From NCBI GenBank assembly GCA_934757855.1, contig CAKVLR010000002.1, positions 93,825-157,824 of the forward strand: DNA of 64,000 nucleotides, given 5' to 3'. The stretch comes from an uncultured Clostridia bacterium (lineage in GTDB: Bacteria; Bacillota; Clostridia; Christensenellales; UBA1242). The position numbers and the translations under genes were made by a program. The number at the start of each line of letters is the position of its first letter. Position 1 is the stretch's first letter. Shown here one piece after another: positions 38,433-49,738 of the stretch. The notes beneath the pieces are model-generated. The model was not told where the DNA came from. It worked only from the letters and a program-made list of their open reading frames with translations, and did no database searches.

Positions 38433-39166
38433 AAATTCTCCTCTAACACGAAGCGGTAAAATGCGTGCAAAAATTTTTTAGGAACATCTAAAAAACTAAA
38501 ATGTCCACCATTTACCACCATTAGTTTACTATTTTTTATGCAATGATTCAAGCGTTTTGCCATATAAATAGGCGTATCTTTGTCTTTTTTACCCCAAAAA
38601 ATCAAGGTTGGCGTATTAATTCGCTTTGCAAACGGTACTAAATCTAGGTTAACCACACACACGAATACCTTTTTCATTTCATTTGGCAATGCCCGAAAAT
38701 CAGCAGAACCAAACTTATCTAGCGCGCTTTTGTCTTTTTTGCCAACTTCGACTTGATGCTTTAACTTTTTGTATTTTTTAATTTGAAGCGCTTTTCGCAA
38801 ATTAAATCTAGGTAACATACCCGCACTATCTACAAGCACCAGTTTTGATACAAGTTGTGGATATTTGGCAGACAACAATATCGCTACTCGCCCACCAAAA
38901 CTATGCCCAACAATTACGCAAGGACTTTTAATTATTTCTAAACAAAATTTTGCAATAGCCACCGTATAATCAAATAAATTCGCATCAATACTAGGCTTTT
39001 CACTTTTGCCAAACCCCCAAAAATCAACAGCATAAACGGTAAAATTATCAGCCAAATCTTGTGTTATATTATGGAAAATTTGGCTACTTGCACCCCACCC
39101 GTGCAAGAGCAAAATAGGCGCACCCGTTCCACTTTTTTGGTAGTACATATCTAAAAATTTAGGCAT
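38429..39166 (-). CDS. Alpha/beta hydrolase
   Basis: 245 aa with LLLHGWG and the nucleophile elbow GHSFGG. There is a 4-nt overlap with the murF-like start. Confidence 0.75.
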   Translation of the reverse strand: MPKFLDMYYQKSGTGAPILLLHGWGASSQIFHNITQDLADNFTVYAVDFWGFGKSEKPSIDANLFDYTVAIAKFCLEIIKSPCVIVGHSFGGRVAILLSAKYPQLVSKLVLVDSAGMLPRFNLRKALQIKKYKKLKHQVEVGKKDKSALDKFGSADFRALPNEMKKVFVCVVNLDLVPFAKRINTPTLIFWGKKDKDTPIYMAKRLNHCIKNSKLMVVNGGHFSFLDVPKKFLHAFYRFVLEENL

Positions 39167-39212
39167 ATATTCCCTCTTTTACAGTAAATATATGCCCAAA
39201 ATTATATTTTTG

Positions 39213-40331
39213 CTAAAAGTCTAAGCGCATCAAAATTGCATCTTCGCCCCTTTCGTAATAATCAGGTCTGCGCCCGACTTCTATAAAGCCTTTCTTTTGG
39301 TACAAAGAAATTGCAGGGTAATTTTGGTCGTTTACTTCCAAAAATACGGTCGTGCAATCCATTTTGCGCAGAGTTTCAATCAAATTGTCTATCATTTTTG
39401 ATGCCACACCTTGTAGCCTTGCCTCTTTTAACACCACAACTCGCAAAATTTCCGCCTCGCCAGAAAGCAAATTCACCGAAATAAAGCCTTTTGCCTCACC
39501 CTTACTTTTCATCAAAAAGCAACGATAATTAGGATTTTCAAAACTCTGTCTTATGCCGATTTCATTCCATTGTAAATCCCACTCATCATCTTGGCTTTCC
39601 AGTTTCAATAAATCTGGCAAATCATCTAACCCAGCCTGTCTAAATTCAATTTCGCCTAAATTTTGTTCGGCTTGACTAACTCGCAAATAAAGAGGCGCAA
39701 CAGTTACCGCATTTACAAATTCTTGTCGTAAAAATTTGTACTCTGCAATTTTTGCTAAATTTTCTACCGAATAATCTTGACTATCGCCCAGCAAGTCCGC
39801 AAAACTAGCACTTTTTTCGTTATTGTGGTTGTAAATTAAGTCAACCGCATCGTTATAATTTGAGTGTAAATAACCAGTAAAATGCTTGATTTTGTCCAGT
39901 CTGGGTTGAGTAATCGCCCTAAGCGCAAGTCCAAATTCGGTATTAATTCTTTCAAAAGTTTGATGATAAACAAGCCCAGCACCTGCATTTATTACCGCGC
40001 AAATAGGTCGTTTGCTATCTTTATTAATGATATTGTAAGCAAGCAATTCCATAGAATTTATCGCAATAATCGGTTTATTTTTGGCATAAGCGAAGCCTTT
40101 TGCTACACTCATACCTATGCGAATACCAGTAAAAGACCCAGGTCCTACCACACACGCAAAACTATCAAAATCGCCGACTTTTACCCCACTAACACCCAAC
40201 AAATCATCAAGCAATGGAAAAAGAGTTTCGCTGTGTCGCGAAAACCCTGCGTTTTTTAAAAATTTTTCATTATCTTTTATCACCGCAATTTGAGTGTCAA
40301 CGCCTGCGGTATTGATTGCCAAAATCTTCAT
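39213..40331 (-). CDS. tsaB: TsaB (t6A biosynthesis) fused to a RimI-type GNAT acetyltransferase
   Basis: The N-terminal half is TsaB-like (MKILAINTAG..., GPGSFTGIRIG). The C-terminal ~150 aa is a GNAT (RLQGVASKMI, FLEVNDQNYPAISLYQKKGF). There is a 4-nt overlap with tsaE. Confidence 0.8.
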   Translation of the reverse strand: MKILAINTAGVDTQIAVIKDNEKFLKNAGFSRHSETLFPLLDDLLGVSGVKVGDFDSFACVVGPGSFTGIRIGMSVAKGFAYAKNKPIIAINSMELLAYNIINKDSKRPICAVINAGAGLVYHQTFERINTEFGLALRAITQPRLDKIKHFTGYLHSNYNDAVDLIYNHNNEKSASFADLLGDSQDYSVENLAKIAEYKFLRQEFVNAVTVAPLYLRVSQAEQNLGEIEFRQAGLDDLPDLLKLESQDDEWDLQWNEIGIRQSFENPNYRCFLMKSKGEAKGFISVNLLSGEAEILRVVVLKEARLQGVASKMIDNLIETLRKMDCTTVFLEVNDQNYPAISLYQKKGFIEVGRRPDYYERGEDAILMRLDF

Positions 40332-40747
40332 TTTGCCTCCACAACGGTAAATTTCCTACTATTTTGACCCAAAACTTGAATATCTAGCATAATGTTTTTT
40401 TCAGGCAATATACCAGCAACTTTTTGAGGCCACTCCACAAAGCAAACACCATCGCTACCGCGCAAAATCTCATCAAGCCCGCTCTCAATCGCTTCGTTTG
40501 CCGATTTTAGCCTATACATATCAAAATGATAAATAGGAAATTTGGCATTATATTCATTAAGCAATGTAAAAGTAGGGCTAGTTACAAGCCCAGTAAAGCC
40601 AAGTTCTTTTGCAACCGCTTTTACAAAAGTAGTCTTGCCCGCGCCCAAATCACCCGTAAGCAACACCACATCACCTGATTTTAGCGTGCTAGCAAATTGT
40701 TTTGCAAATTCCGTTGTTTCCTCTAAACTATTTGAAATAAATTCCAT
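40328..40747 (-). CDS. tsaE: tRNA t6A37 biosynthesis ATPase TsaE
   Basis: 139 aa with P-loop GDLGAGKTTFVK and SPTFTL. Confidence 0.88.
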   Translation of the reverse strand: MEFISNSLEETTEFAKQFASTLKSGDVVLLTGDLGAGKTTFVKAVAKELGFTGLVTSPTFTLLNEYNAKFPIYHFDMYRLKSANEAIESGLDEILRGSDGVCFVEWPQKVAGILPEKNIMLDIQVLGQNSRKFTVVEAK

Positions 40748-40753
40748 AAAAAA

Positions 40754-41176
40754 CTAAGCCTCTTGCGCTTCCTTTTCTTCTTTTTGCTCGCTCAACAATT
40801 TTTTGATGCCGATACTATTGAGAGTGTTTTTGCCATCGCTCCATAATTTTTCGAGGTGGTAAAATTCACGCATATCAGCAGTAAAAATATGCACGATAAA
40901 TTCGCCAAAGTCAAGCACAAGCCACCTACCATCGCTCACACCATCACGCCTAATCACTCTGTGGCCGTTTTTCTCCATTTCTTCTTCAATTTTATCAACA
41001 AGCGATTTCGCGTGGACAGTACTATTTGCTGTGGCAATCACAAAGTAATCAGTAATATTTGATAGGTATGAAACATCAATCAAAGTCACACCCTCAGCCT
41101 TGTTTTCCTCAAACAATTCGCAAGCCTTTACCGCAAGCGTATAATCTTTACTAAATGCTTTCGTTTTCATAGTCAT
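40754..41176 (-). CDS. rsfS: Ribosome silencing factor RsfS
   Basis: 140 aa with the motifs DYFVIATANS, WLVLDFGEFIVHIF and YHLEKLW. Confidence 0.85.
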   Translation of the reverse strand: MTMKTKAFSKDYTLAVKACELFEENKAEGVTLIDVSYLSNITDYFVIATANSTVHAKSLVDKIEEEMEKNGHRVIRRDGVSDGRWLVLDFGEFIVHIFTADMREFYHLEKLWSDGKNTLNSIGIKKLLSEQKEEKEAQEA

Positions 41177-41289
41177 TCCCCTGTATTTTATTACATTTAT
41201 ATTATATCGTTTTATTGCGATTAAGTCAATTATTTAGAGCATAACAACTTGATATATTGTCAATAATTTTGTCATAAAAGGAGAAATTT

Positions 41290-42123
41290 ATGCAAAACAA
41301 ATTGAGTCTAGTTATTGATAGTGCAGTGTTATTTGTGGGTGTAGGCGTGCTTATATTTTCGTGGGTACGGTTTTACACAAAATCAATCACTCTAAGCCTT
41401 GTCGCAGGAGCAATAATTGCGGGTATGATTTTGCTTAGTTTTATATATATTTATAACAAACGAAACGCAAAACAAACCCTCAAAAAAGCCGAGCAAAAGC
41501 AATTTGAGCAATTAAAATTCAACTTGTTTTTTACCCCAAAAGCGCAAACTCTTGACTACTTTGCTTCTATATTGGGAAAAACTAAACATATTGAAAAGCA
41601 CAGCGATTTCCTTATTTTAAGAGAGAACTCTGCGCAAAAGGATACGCATAGTACATTGCATAGTACCATATTCTTTGCTTTTTTTGATAAAGAAAAACTA
41701 GACTTTGCGACTTTTCTTACCTTTTACCGCATAGCAGTAATTAATAACCTTGATGATATAATTATTTGCGCAAATGCTTTTGAAGAAGATGTAAAATGTA
41801 ACGCAAGTAGAATAAGGAATATCCGCACGACCCTACTTCCGCTCACTCAATTTTTCAAAGAAAATCAACCCGCAATTACCGCCGACCCTTTCCCTATTGT
41901 CGCCGACACCTTAAAGCCAAAACTCAGCAGAAACGAGATTTTGCGTTACGCATTTTCACCAGCACGCGCGCGAAATTATCTATTGTTTGGACTTATGATT
42001 TTGCTTACCAGTTTTTTAGTACCGTTCAAAATTTATTATTTGATTATGGGTAGTTTACTTTGTCTAACCGCCCTTTTGGTACGAGTTGTTCCTTTACTAA
42101 AAAAAACAATAAAAAAAGCCTAG
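41290..42123 (+). CDS. Membrane protein, unknown function, containing an in-frame copy pair of the dispersed subrepeat
   Basis: 277 aa with N- and C-terminal TM segments. 41644-41667 encodes ..THSTLHST.. and is the revcomp of the 22-nt block at 22049-22070. Confidence 0.6.
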   Translation: MQNKLSLVIDSAVLFVGVGVLIFSWVRFYTKSITLSLVAGAIIAGMILLSFIYIYNKRNAKQTLKKAEQKQFEQLKFNLFFTPKAQTLDYFASILGKTKHIEKHSDFLILRENSAQKDTHSTLHSTIFFAFFDKEKLDFATFLTFYRIAVINNLDDIIICANAFEEDVKCNASRIRNIRTTLLPLTQFFKENQPAITADPFPIVADTLKPKLSRNEILRYAFSPARARNYLLFGLMILLTSFLVPFKIYYLIMGSLLCLTALLVRVVPLLKKTIKKA

Positions 42124-42185
42124 TCAAATTTGGTATAAACCACTAAACGACTTTTGGCTTTTTCTTTAACTTTTGATTTACTATT

Positions 42186-42476
42186 TTATTTTTTAGAGCG
42201 GATTTTCTTGTCTAAATTTTTCTTGTACAATACAATTTTACGCCCAATAACTTGCACAACATCAGCCTTGCAACGGCTTGCCATTTCCTGTGCAATATCT
42301 TTTACATCTTCCTCACAACTTTCAAGCACGGTAATTTTTATCAACTCACGCGCATAAAGTGCTTGGTCTGCGGTATTGATTACATTTATACTCAAACCAT
42401 CTTTTCCAACCTGCATCACAGGCTCCAAACTTTGAGCAGTTTTTCTCAATTCCGCACGCTTTTTTGCATCAATCAT
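42186..42476 (-). CDS. yhbY: RNA-binding CRM-domain protein YhbY
   Basis: 96 aa with the pattern LRKTAQSLEPVMQVGKDGL ... VVQVIGRKIVLYK. It lies next to obg. Confidence 0.8.
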   Translation of the reverse strand: MIDAKKRAELRKTAQSLEPVMQVGKDGLSINVINTADQALYARELIKITVLESCEEDVKDIAQEMASRCKADVVQVIGRKIVLYKKNLDKKIRSKK

Positions 42477-42487
42477 ATTTTTATCTC

Positions 42488-44406
<1,919 letters not shown>

Positions 44407-44538
44407 TTACCCTAACACAATTATACCATAATCGTTGGACTTTTTCAATATTTTTTGTCATAAAATTAAATTATATTTATGCAAATTTTTGAATAAATAT
44501 ATAGAATACAATATTATATATTACACAAATCAAAAAAT

Positions 44539-44583
44539 GAATAAAAAATAAGTACTATGCACAAATTTTCATTGCATAGTACC
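44539..44583 (-). terminator. Intrinsic terminator of the spoIIA operon whose stem is built from the dispersed subrepeat
   Basis: The minus strand reads GGTACTATGCA-atgaaaatttg-TGCATAGTAC followed by TTATTTTTTATT, 22 nt after the sigF stop. A third copy lies at 44585-44593. Confidence 0.75.
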
Positions 44584-44604
44584 TTGCATAGTATTATTTT
44601 TGAC

Positions 44605-45327
44605 CTAATTTTCAAACTTTTTACGCAAATTTTGAATAACTTTATTTTCAATTCGAGAAACTTGCACTTGACTTACACCCAACTCTTTTGCTATTTCACT
44701 TTGAGTTTTATCACGATAATAACGCATAATTATAATTTTTCTATCACGCGGAGAGAGTGAAGAAATTAGTTGTTTTAAAATAAAGTGGTCTAGTTTCGTT
44801 TCTTCTTCCTCAGGGTCAACGATGCGCTCTTGAAGGGTTACACTTCCCTCCTCTGTTTGGTCTATTGGAGCGGACAAACTCATCGGGTATTTGTTGCTAT
44901 CTAACACAAACACAAGTTCTTGCATATCCATATTAAATTTTTTTGCCAAAGTTTGCAAGTCTGGCTCGGGTTCTTGTGGGGGTAAAGATGCCAAATATTT
45001 TCGTATTTCCAACGCTTGAGTTTTGATAGCGCGACTTACTTTTATATAGCCATCATCACGCAAAAATCGCTTCACTTCGCCCGCTATCATAGGTACGGCG
45101 TATGTACTAAATCTTACATTGTAGTTTGTGTCAAAATTATTTATCGCCTTTACAAACCCCACACAACCTAATTGAAACAAATCATCATAATCGACACCTT
45201 TATTTCTATATCTACGAATTACACTTTTTACCAAAGGATAATTTTGATTAATAAGCAAATTTTTGGCTTCTTCATCTCCATTTTGCGCAAGTTTGATAAG
45301 CCTTAAAGTTTGCTCATAATCAATCAT
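44605..45327 (-). CDS. sigF: Sporulation sigma factor SigF
   Basis: 240 aa with region 2 (DDLFQLGCVGFVKAINNFD, FSTYAVPMIAGEVKRFLRDDG) and region 4 (SQSEIAKELGVSQVQVSRIE). It lies immediately downstream of spoIIAA-spoIIAB. Confidence 0.88.
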   Translation of the reverse strand: MIDYEQTLRLIKLAQNGDEEAKNLLINQNYPLVKSVIRRYRNKGVDYDDLFQLGCVGFVKAINNFDTNYNVRFSTYAVPMIAGEVKRFLRDDGYIKVSRAIKTQALEIRKYLASLPPQEPEPDLQTLAKKFNMDMQELVFVLDSNKYPMSLSAPIDQTEEGSVTLQERIVDPEEEETKLDHFILKQLISSLSPRDRKIIIMRYYRDKTQSEIAKELGVSQVQVSRIENKVIQNLRKKFEN

Positions 45328-45784
45328 TTTTACCCCCTATTATTGCGCGCTTTTTATTTTCAAGATACTTTCGCATTTCGACTACAATACCGCTAGCGCC
45401 GTTTTTGAGAATACTTACTTCGTCCATAAAACTTTCCATAACGGTAAAGCCCATACCCGCGCGCTCCTCATCGGGTTTAGTCGTAAAAAACGGCTCGCGC
45501 GCTTTTTCAATATCTGCAATTCCTACACCGTTATCACTTATTTTTATATCAATTTCGCTAGGTTTTAACCCAACCCAAATATTGATTTTACCCAAACGGT
45601 GTGGATATGCGTGTACCACACAATTTGTTACTGCCTCACTAACTGCTGTCTTTATATCGGTAATTTCATCAAGTGTGGGATTAAGTTGTACACAAAATCC
45701 AGCCACCGCACTACGCGCAAACCCCTCATTTACCGAATGAGAATCAAATTGCAAATTCATTTCATTTATGTATTCCATATTCAC
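45320..45784 (-). CDS. spoIIAB: Anti-sigma F factor (serine kinase) SpoIIAB
   Basis: 154 aa with GHKL kinase motifs (EAVTNCVVHAY, DNGVGI, GMGFTVM). Operon context. Confidence 0.88.
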   Translation of the reverse strand: MNMEYINEMNLQFDSHSVNEGFARSAVAGFCVQLNPTLDEITDIKTAVSEAVTNCVVHAYPHRLGKINIWVGLKPSEIDIKISDNGVGIADIEKAREPFFTTKPDEERAGMGFTVMESFMDEVSILKNGASGIVVEMRKYLENKKRAIIGGKND

Positions 45785-45792
45785 TATCCTTT

Positions 45793-46101
45793 TTAATTAA
45801 TTTTTGGCATCACATCATATAGTGCGGTCATTTTAAAGATTTTGTCCGCCTGACTACTAGGATTTGAAATATAAATAGGTGTGTTTTTTTGCTTCATTTT
45901 TTTATATCTCCCTATCAATACTCCAATTCCTGTACTATCCATAAACTCTAATTGTGACAAATCAATAATCACTTGCTTAAAATTTCCACTTTCTAGTTGA
46001 TTGTCCATTGCCATTCTTGCATAGTGCGCAGTGTGTTCATCTAATTCACCCGCAATTTGCAAATAAAGCGTTTCCAAATAAACTTTTGCATTAACTTGCA
46101 T
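45793..46101 (-). CDS. spoIIAA: Anti-sigma F factor antagonist SpoIIAA (STAS domain)
   Basis: 102 aa with the STAS motif FMDSTGIGVLIGRYK containing the phosphorylatable Ser. Operon context. Confidence 0.85.
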   Translation of the reverse strand: MQVNAKVYLETLYLQIAGELDEHTAHYARMAMDNQLESGNFKQVIIDLSQLEFMDSTGIGVLIGRYKKMKQKNTPIYISNPSSQADKIFKMTALYDVMPKIN

Positions 46102-46208
46102 AGCCCCCTCCTAGTTAAGATAATTCTACCAAATTAATTGATGCGAAAAATTAAAAAAATAGCGTAAAAAACACTATTTTTGTTGAATTTTGCACTAAAT
46201 ATTAAAAT

Positions 46209-47345
46209 TTAAAAGCCTAACGCCGATTTTGCATTTAATAGCCCCATTCCGCAATCGTTTGGACTAAACGGCAAACTATCTGCACTGTACATTATCTGCG
46301 ACTTGACTTGATTTGGCGTAAAATCTGGATTTTGTTGCAAAATTAAAGCCGACACCCCCGCAACAAACGGAGTACTCACACTAGTACCCGACATTTGCGT
46401 AAAAAGATTTTTATCATTTGATAGTGAAGTAATATTTACCCCTGGTGCCACTATATCGGGCTTTATTATATCAAAAATTGGTCCGCGCGAACTAAATTCG
46501 GCAATTTCTATTTTTTCTTTTGTAGTATCTGCGCAACCAACAGTGATAATTTTTGCGCAACTCCCTGGGGACTTCACACTTCCCGCAGTCGGTCCATCAT
46601 TTCCAACCGCTCCTACGACTACAATTCCAGAGTCCCAAAGGCTAGAAGCACCCAAACTTAGCGGGTCATTTTTGGCGAGCGGAGTACTACCAAAACTCAT
46701 ACAAACTACCCCAATATTGTATTTTTTGCGATTTTCGTACACCCATTGCATTGCATCTAATACATTGATTGCTTGCGTTTGCCCCTCACTATTCAAGGCT
46801 TTTAGTATTACTAAATCGCAATCGGGCGCAATGCCAGCATATTTTCCCCCAGAACTAATACCATTACCCGCAAGCACCCCCGACACAAAAGTGCCGTGGC
46901 CGTTGTCATCATATGGGGTTTCGCGGTCGTTTACCAAATCTACAAATTTGCTTATACGCTTTTTGCCAAACATAAAATCAAGGTGCGGATAGCAACCTGT
47001 ATCAATTACAGCAACTCCAACCCCTTGCCCCAAAAAGCCTTGCGCGTGCATTTCATCGACATTAATTTTTGCGCGGGCATTTTGCATAAGGGCGCTAGCA
47101 GTTGTCACGGAAGAAATGTAGTCAATCCAACTATTGCCCGCTAAGTCTAGCAAATCTGGCGTTTTTGTGTTCACGGCAAAAGCGCGAATAAATGGATATT
47201 CGCCTATAATTTTTACATTTTTAAATGTATGCAAGCGCATTTTCGCTTGATAATAATCATTTGCATATAAAATACAATTTTGGCTGTGTGCGTTTGAAGA
47301 AATTTCCACAGCCATTAATCTTGGGTCTATTTTGTTTTGTATCAA
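46209..47345 (-). CDS. Subtilisin-like serine protease (peptidase S8)
   Basis: Catalytic triad contexts VAVIDTG, NGHGTFVSG and SGTSVSTPFVAG. No signal peptide seen. The start codon is uncertain (TTG 47345 or ATG 47315). Confidence 0.8.
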   Translation of the reverse strand: MIQNKIDPRLMAVEISSNAHSQNCILYANDYYQAKMRLHTFKNVKIIGEYPFIRAFAVNTKTPDLLDLAGNSWIDYISSVTTASALMQNARAKINVDEMHAQGFLGQGVGVAVIDTGCYPHLDFMFGKKRISKFVDLVNDRETPYDDNGHGTFVSGVLAGNGISSGGKYAGIAPDCDLVILKALNSEGQTQAINVLDAMQWVYENRKKYNIGVVCMSFGSTPLAKNDPLSLGASSLWDSGIVVVGAVGNDGPTAGSVKSPGSCAKIITVGCADTTKEKIEIAEFSSRGPIFDIIKPDIVAPGVNITSLSNDKNLFTQMSGTSVSTPFVAGVSALILQQNPDFTPNQVKSQIMYSADSLPFSPNDCGMGLLNAKSALGF

Positions 47346-47349
47346 TTTT

Positions 47350-47721
47350 TTAATCCAAATATTTCAATAAGTTTTCCATTTTTTGTTTTTGTTCTTGGTC
47401 CAAAAGTGGCGAAATTGCGCCCGCCATTTGCTTTATTTTCTCCGCATCAAAATTACCTTCTGCCTTTTTGGTAGCCACTAATTTTAGCATTTCAGCAAGC
47501 AAGTCTTGTTCACTAAGTTGACCGTATTTATCTACAAAGTCCTTTACAAAATCGCCGTAATTTTCTTCGACTTCTTTAAATTCTTTCGTTTCTTGTATTT
47601 TTTCAAAATCATTAAAATTATCGTTAGATATACCATTTTCTACTCTTAGTTTATCATTTTTAAACTTCTCTTTCGATTGTTGCTTACCCGAATTTTGAGT
47701 GCTAAAATCCTTTATATTCAC
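47350..47721 (-). CDS. Hypothetical protein
   Basis: I prefer the in-frame GTG at 47721, 9 nt after an AAGGAGG RBS, over the ATG at 47766, which has no RBS. No family recognised. Confidence 0.5.
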   Translation of the reverse strand: MNIKDFSTQNSGKQQSKEKFKNDKLRVENGISNDNFNDFEKIQETKEFKEVEENYGDFVKDFVDKYGQLSEQDLLAEMLKLVATKKAEGNFDAEKIKQMAGAISPLLDQEQKQKMENLLKYLD

Positions 47722-47787
47722 AGCGCATTTCCTCCTTGTTTTCACTATTTCAATATATGTAGTCATATATTAATTAGGTGAATAATT

Positions 47788-48351
47788 ATGGATATAAATA
47801 GCATTTTGCAAACGCTCGGGAATAGCAATATCGACTTAGGGGCTTTAATAAATCTTGCCTCTACTTTTTTAAGTGGCAAAAGTCAAAACACTAACAACAC
47901 TTTAAATAATGCCCCCACTCTACCACCTATACAATATTTGCAAAATGCGGATACAAAACCTAACGAAAATTACACCTTAGGCCACCAAAATAATTTTAGC
48001 AATAGTTACTTCAATATGCCACAATATGATTTCAATTCCTCAACAAGCGCTTCGCAAAACGCAAAAACCCATATGCAAAAAAATACAAACTCGTTTAATC
48101 AAAATACATATAAAAATTACACTGGCAATTTTTACTCCCAACAAAACAATGCATCAATGGAGCAAAACTATTCGCAAAACACACAAAACGAACACAAATC
48201 TAGCAACACCGCAAATAATTTACCGAATATGCTAGAACTTTTAAAACTTGTGATACCCTTATTTTCAAAACAAAAAGAAAAGAGCCTAACTTCTGTGCAA
48301 ACTGCACAAAATTTGGACTCAACTATCCTAAAACTTCCGCGGGCTAAATAG
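47788..48351 (+). CDS. N/Q/S/T/Y-rich low-complexity protein
   Basis: 187 aa with an AGGTGA RBS and strongly biased composition (many N, Q, S, T). No family recognised. Confidence 0.5.
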   Translation: MDINSILQTLGNSNIDLGALINLASTFLSGKSQNTNNTLNNAPTLPPIQYLQNADTKPNENYTLGHQNNFSNSYFNMPQYDFNSSTSASQNAKTHMQKNTNSFNQNTYKNYTGNFYSQQNNASMEQNYSQNTQNEHKSSNTANNLPNMLELLKLVIPLFSKQKEKSLTSVQTAQNLDSTILKLPRAK

Positions 48352-48739
48352 ACTGCAACCTTGTGACCCTATTTGTCTTGCGCTTGCGTTTTTGCTCTAA
48401 TTTCTTCAAAACCATTATAATTTGCAAAGTCACCGCATCTTCAAATTTGCGAATATCAAGCCCCAGCATTTTTTTGATTTTTTCCAAACGATATACTAGC
48501 GTATTGCGGTGAATAATTGCCACCTTGCTAGTTTGAATTATATTTAGATTGTTTGCAAAAAACAATTCCACAGTAGAAATTAATTCCTCATCTTTGAGGA
48601 ATTTTTTTACATTTTCATCTTGCAAAATGTTACTTACACTACCCAAACTTTGCTCATCAAAATTACTGAGCAATGTCCCTAGCAGTGTAGAATTTATAGC
48701 AACTTTATTTGTATAATCATTCATTTTTTGCGCCTTCAT
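48344..48739 (-). CDS. Small PucR/CdaR-type C-terminal HTH protein
   Basis: IHRNTLVYRLEKIKKMLGLDI is the PucR-type HTH pattern. Its start overlaps the end of the upstream ABC ATPase gene; an alternative start is at 48724. Confidence 0.6.
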   Translation of the reverse strand: MKAQKMNDYTNKVAINSTLLGTLLSNFDEQSLGSVSNILQDENVKKFLKDEELISTVELFFANNLNIIQTSKVAIIHRNTLVYRLEKIKKMLGLDIRKFEDAVTLQIIMVLKKLEQKRKRKTNRVTRLQSI

Positions 48740-49571
48740 CAGCCTCTGTATCGGTACCAGCAGTTAACTTTTCCGCACTTAAAATAGGCTCATCTTCTGT
48801 ATTTTCGAGATTTGCGGTTGTTCCTTCGGCTTTTACTTCTTTTCTTTGCTTTGATTTTTTCGATTTTTGTATTTCATCATTTTGGTCTGCCTTGATAAAG
48901 ACTTTTTGATTGTCCACAAAACTACCAGATTGTATATAAATTATCTTATTTACAAAATCTTTGCAAAGACTTTCATCTTGCGAAGCCATAATGACAACTT
49001 TATCCTTTGGTGCGCTATCAAATAAATTTCTTAGTGCTTTTTTGATTTTTTCTTGCGTAATCGTATCATCAACGGTAAGCACATCATCACAAAGTATGAT
49101 TTCAAGCGGGCGCATAGCCATTCGTGCGATTTGTACTAGCCTGCGGTCACTATTACATAGAGTACCAACGCGTTCTTTTTTTAAATTTTGGATACCAAAT
49201 TCCTCCAAAATTGCATCAATACGCTCCGCTCTTTCCTTTTTATCCACTTTGTGAACTTTGAGTGTCCACAAAAGATTTTTATAAACGCTCTTGCGCTCAA
49301 AAAATACAGCCTTAGTTGACAAATAACCTAAACTAACATCGCGTGAAAAGTTTATTTTGTTGATAGGTGTACCTTTTATGTAGCACTCACCGCTTTTTTG
49401 CTTTTCAAGCCCAGCAATCAAACGAAGTAGCGCCGTTTTGCCACTCCCAGTTTCACCGATAATAGCGATACGGTCACCTTTGTTAACCTCTAAATTAATA
49501 TCAAACAAAGCGCAATAGTCTTTGTTGTACTGCAATTTAACATCTTTCAATTCGATAATATTGTCTGCCAT
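48717..49571 (-). CDS. ABC transporter ATP-binding protein with a K/E-rich C-terminal tail; no permease gene adjacent
   Basis: Walker A GETGSGKT and Walker B ILCDDV. The signature motif is degenerate. ATG at 49571 has a GAGGAGA RBS. Confidence 0.7.
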   Translation of the reverse strand: MADNIIELKDVKLQYNKDYCALFDINLEVNKGDRIAIIGETGSGKTALLRLIAGLEKQKSGECYIKGTPINKINFSRDVSLGYLSTKAVFFERKSVYKNLLWTLKVHKVDKKERAERIDAILEEFGIQNLKKERVGTLCNSDRRLVQIARMAMRPLEIILCDDVLTVDDTITQEKIKKALRNLFDSAPKDKVVIMASQDESLCKDFVNKIIYIQSGSFVDNQKVFIKADQNDEIQKSKKSKQRKEVKAEGTTANLENTEDEPILSAEKLTAGTDTEADEGAKNE

Positions 49572-49738
49572 AAATTTTCTCCTCTCAAAAGTGTACACTA
49601 TTTAGCAAAATTTTTCAACTATTTTCAAGTGAAAACTTTTGCAAATTACCCCGACTTTTTAACCGCTATTTACTAGCCAAAAAGCAGATTTTTTGGTATA
49701 ATGATATTATATTTTATATTAATGGAGTAAACTTTACT

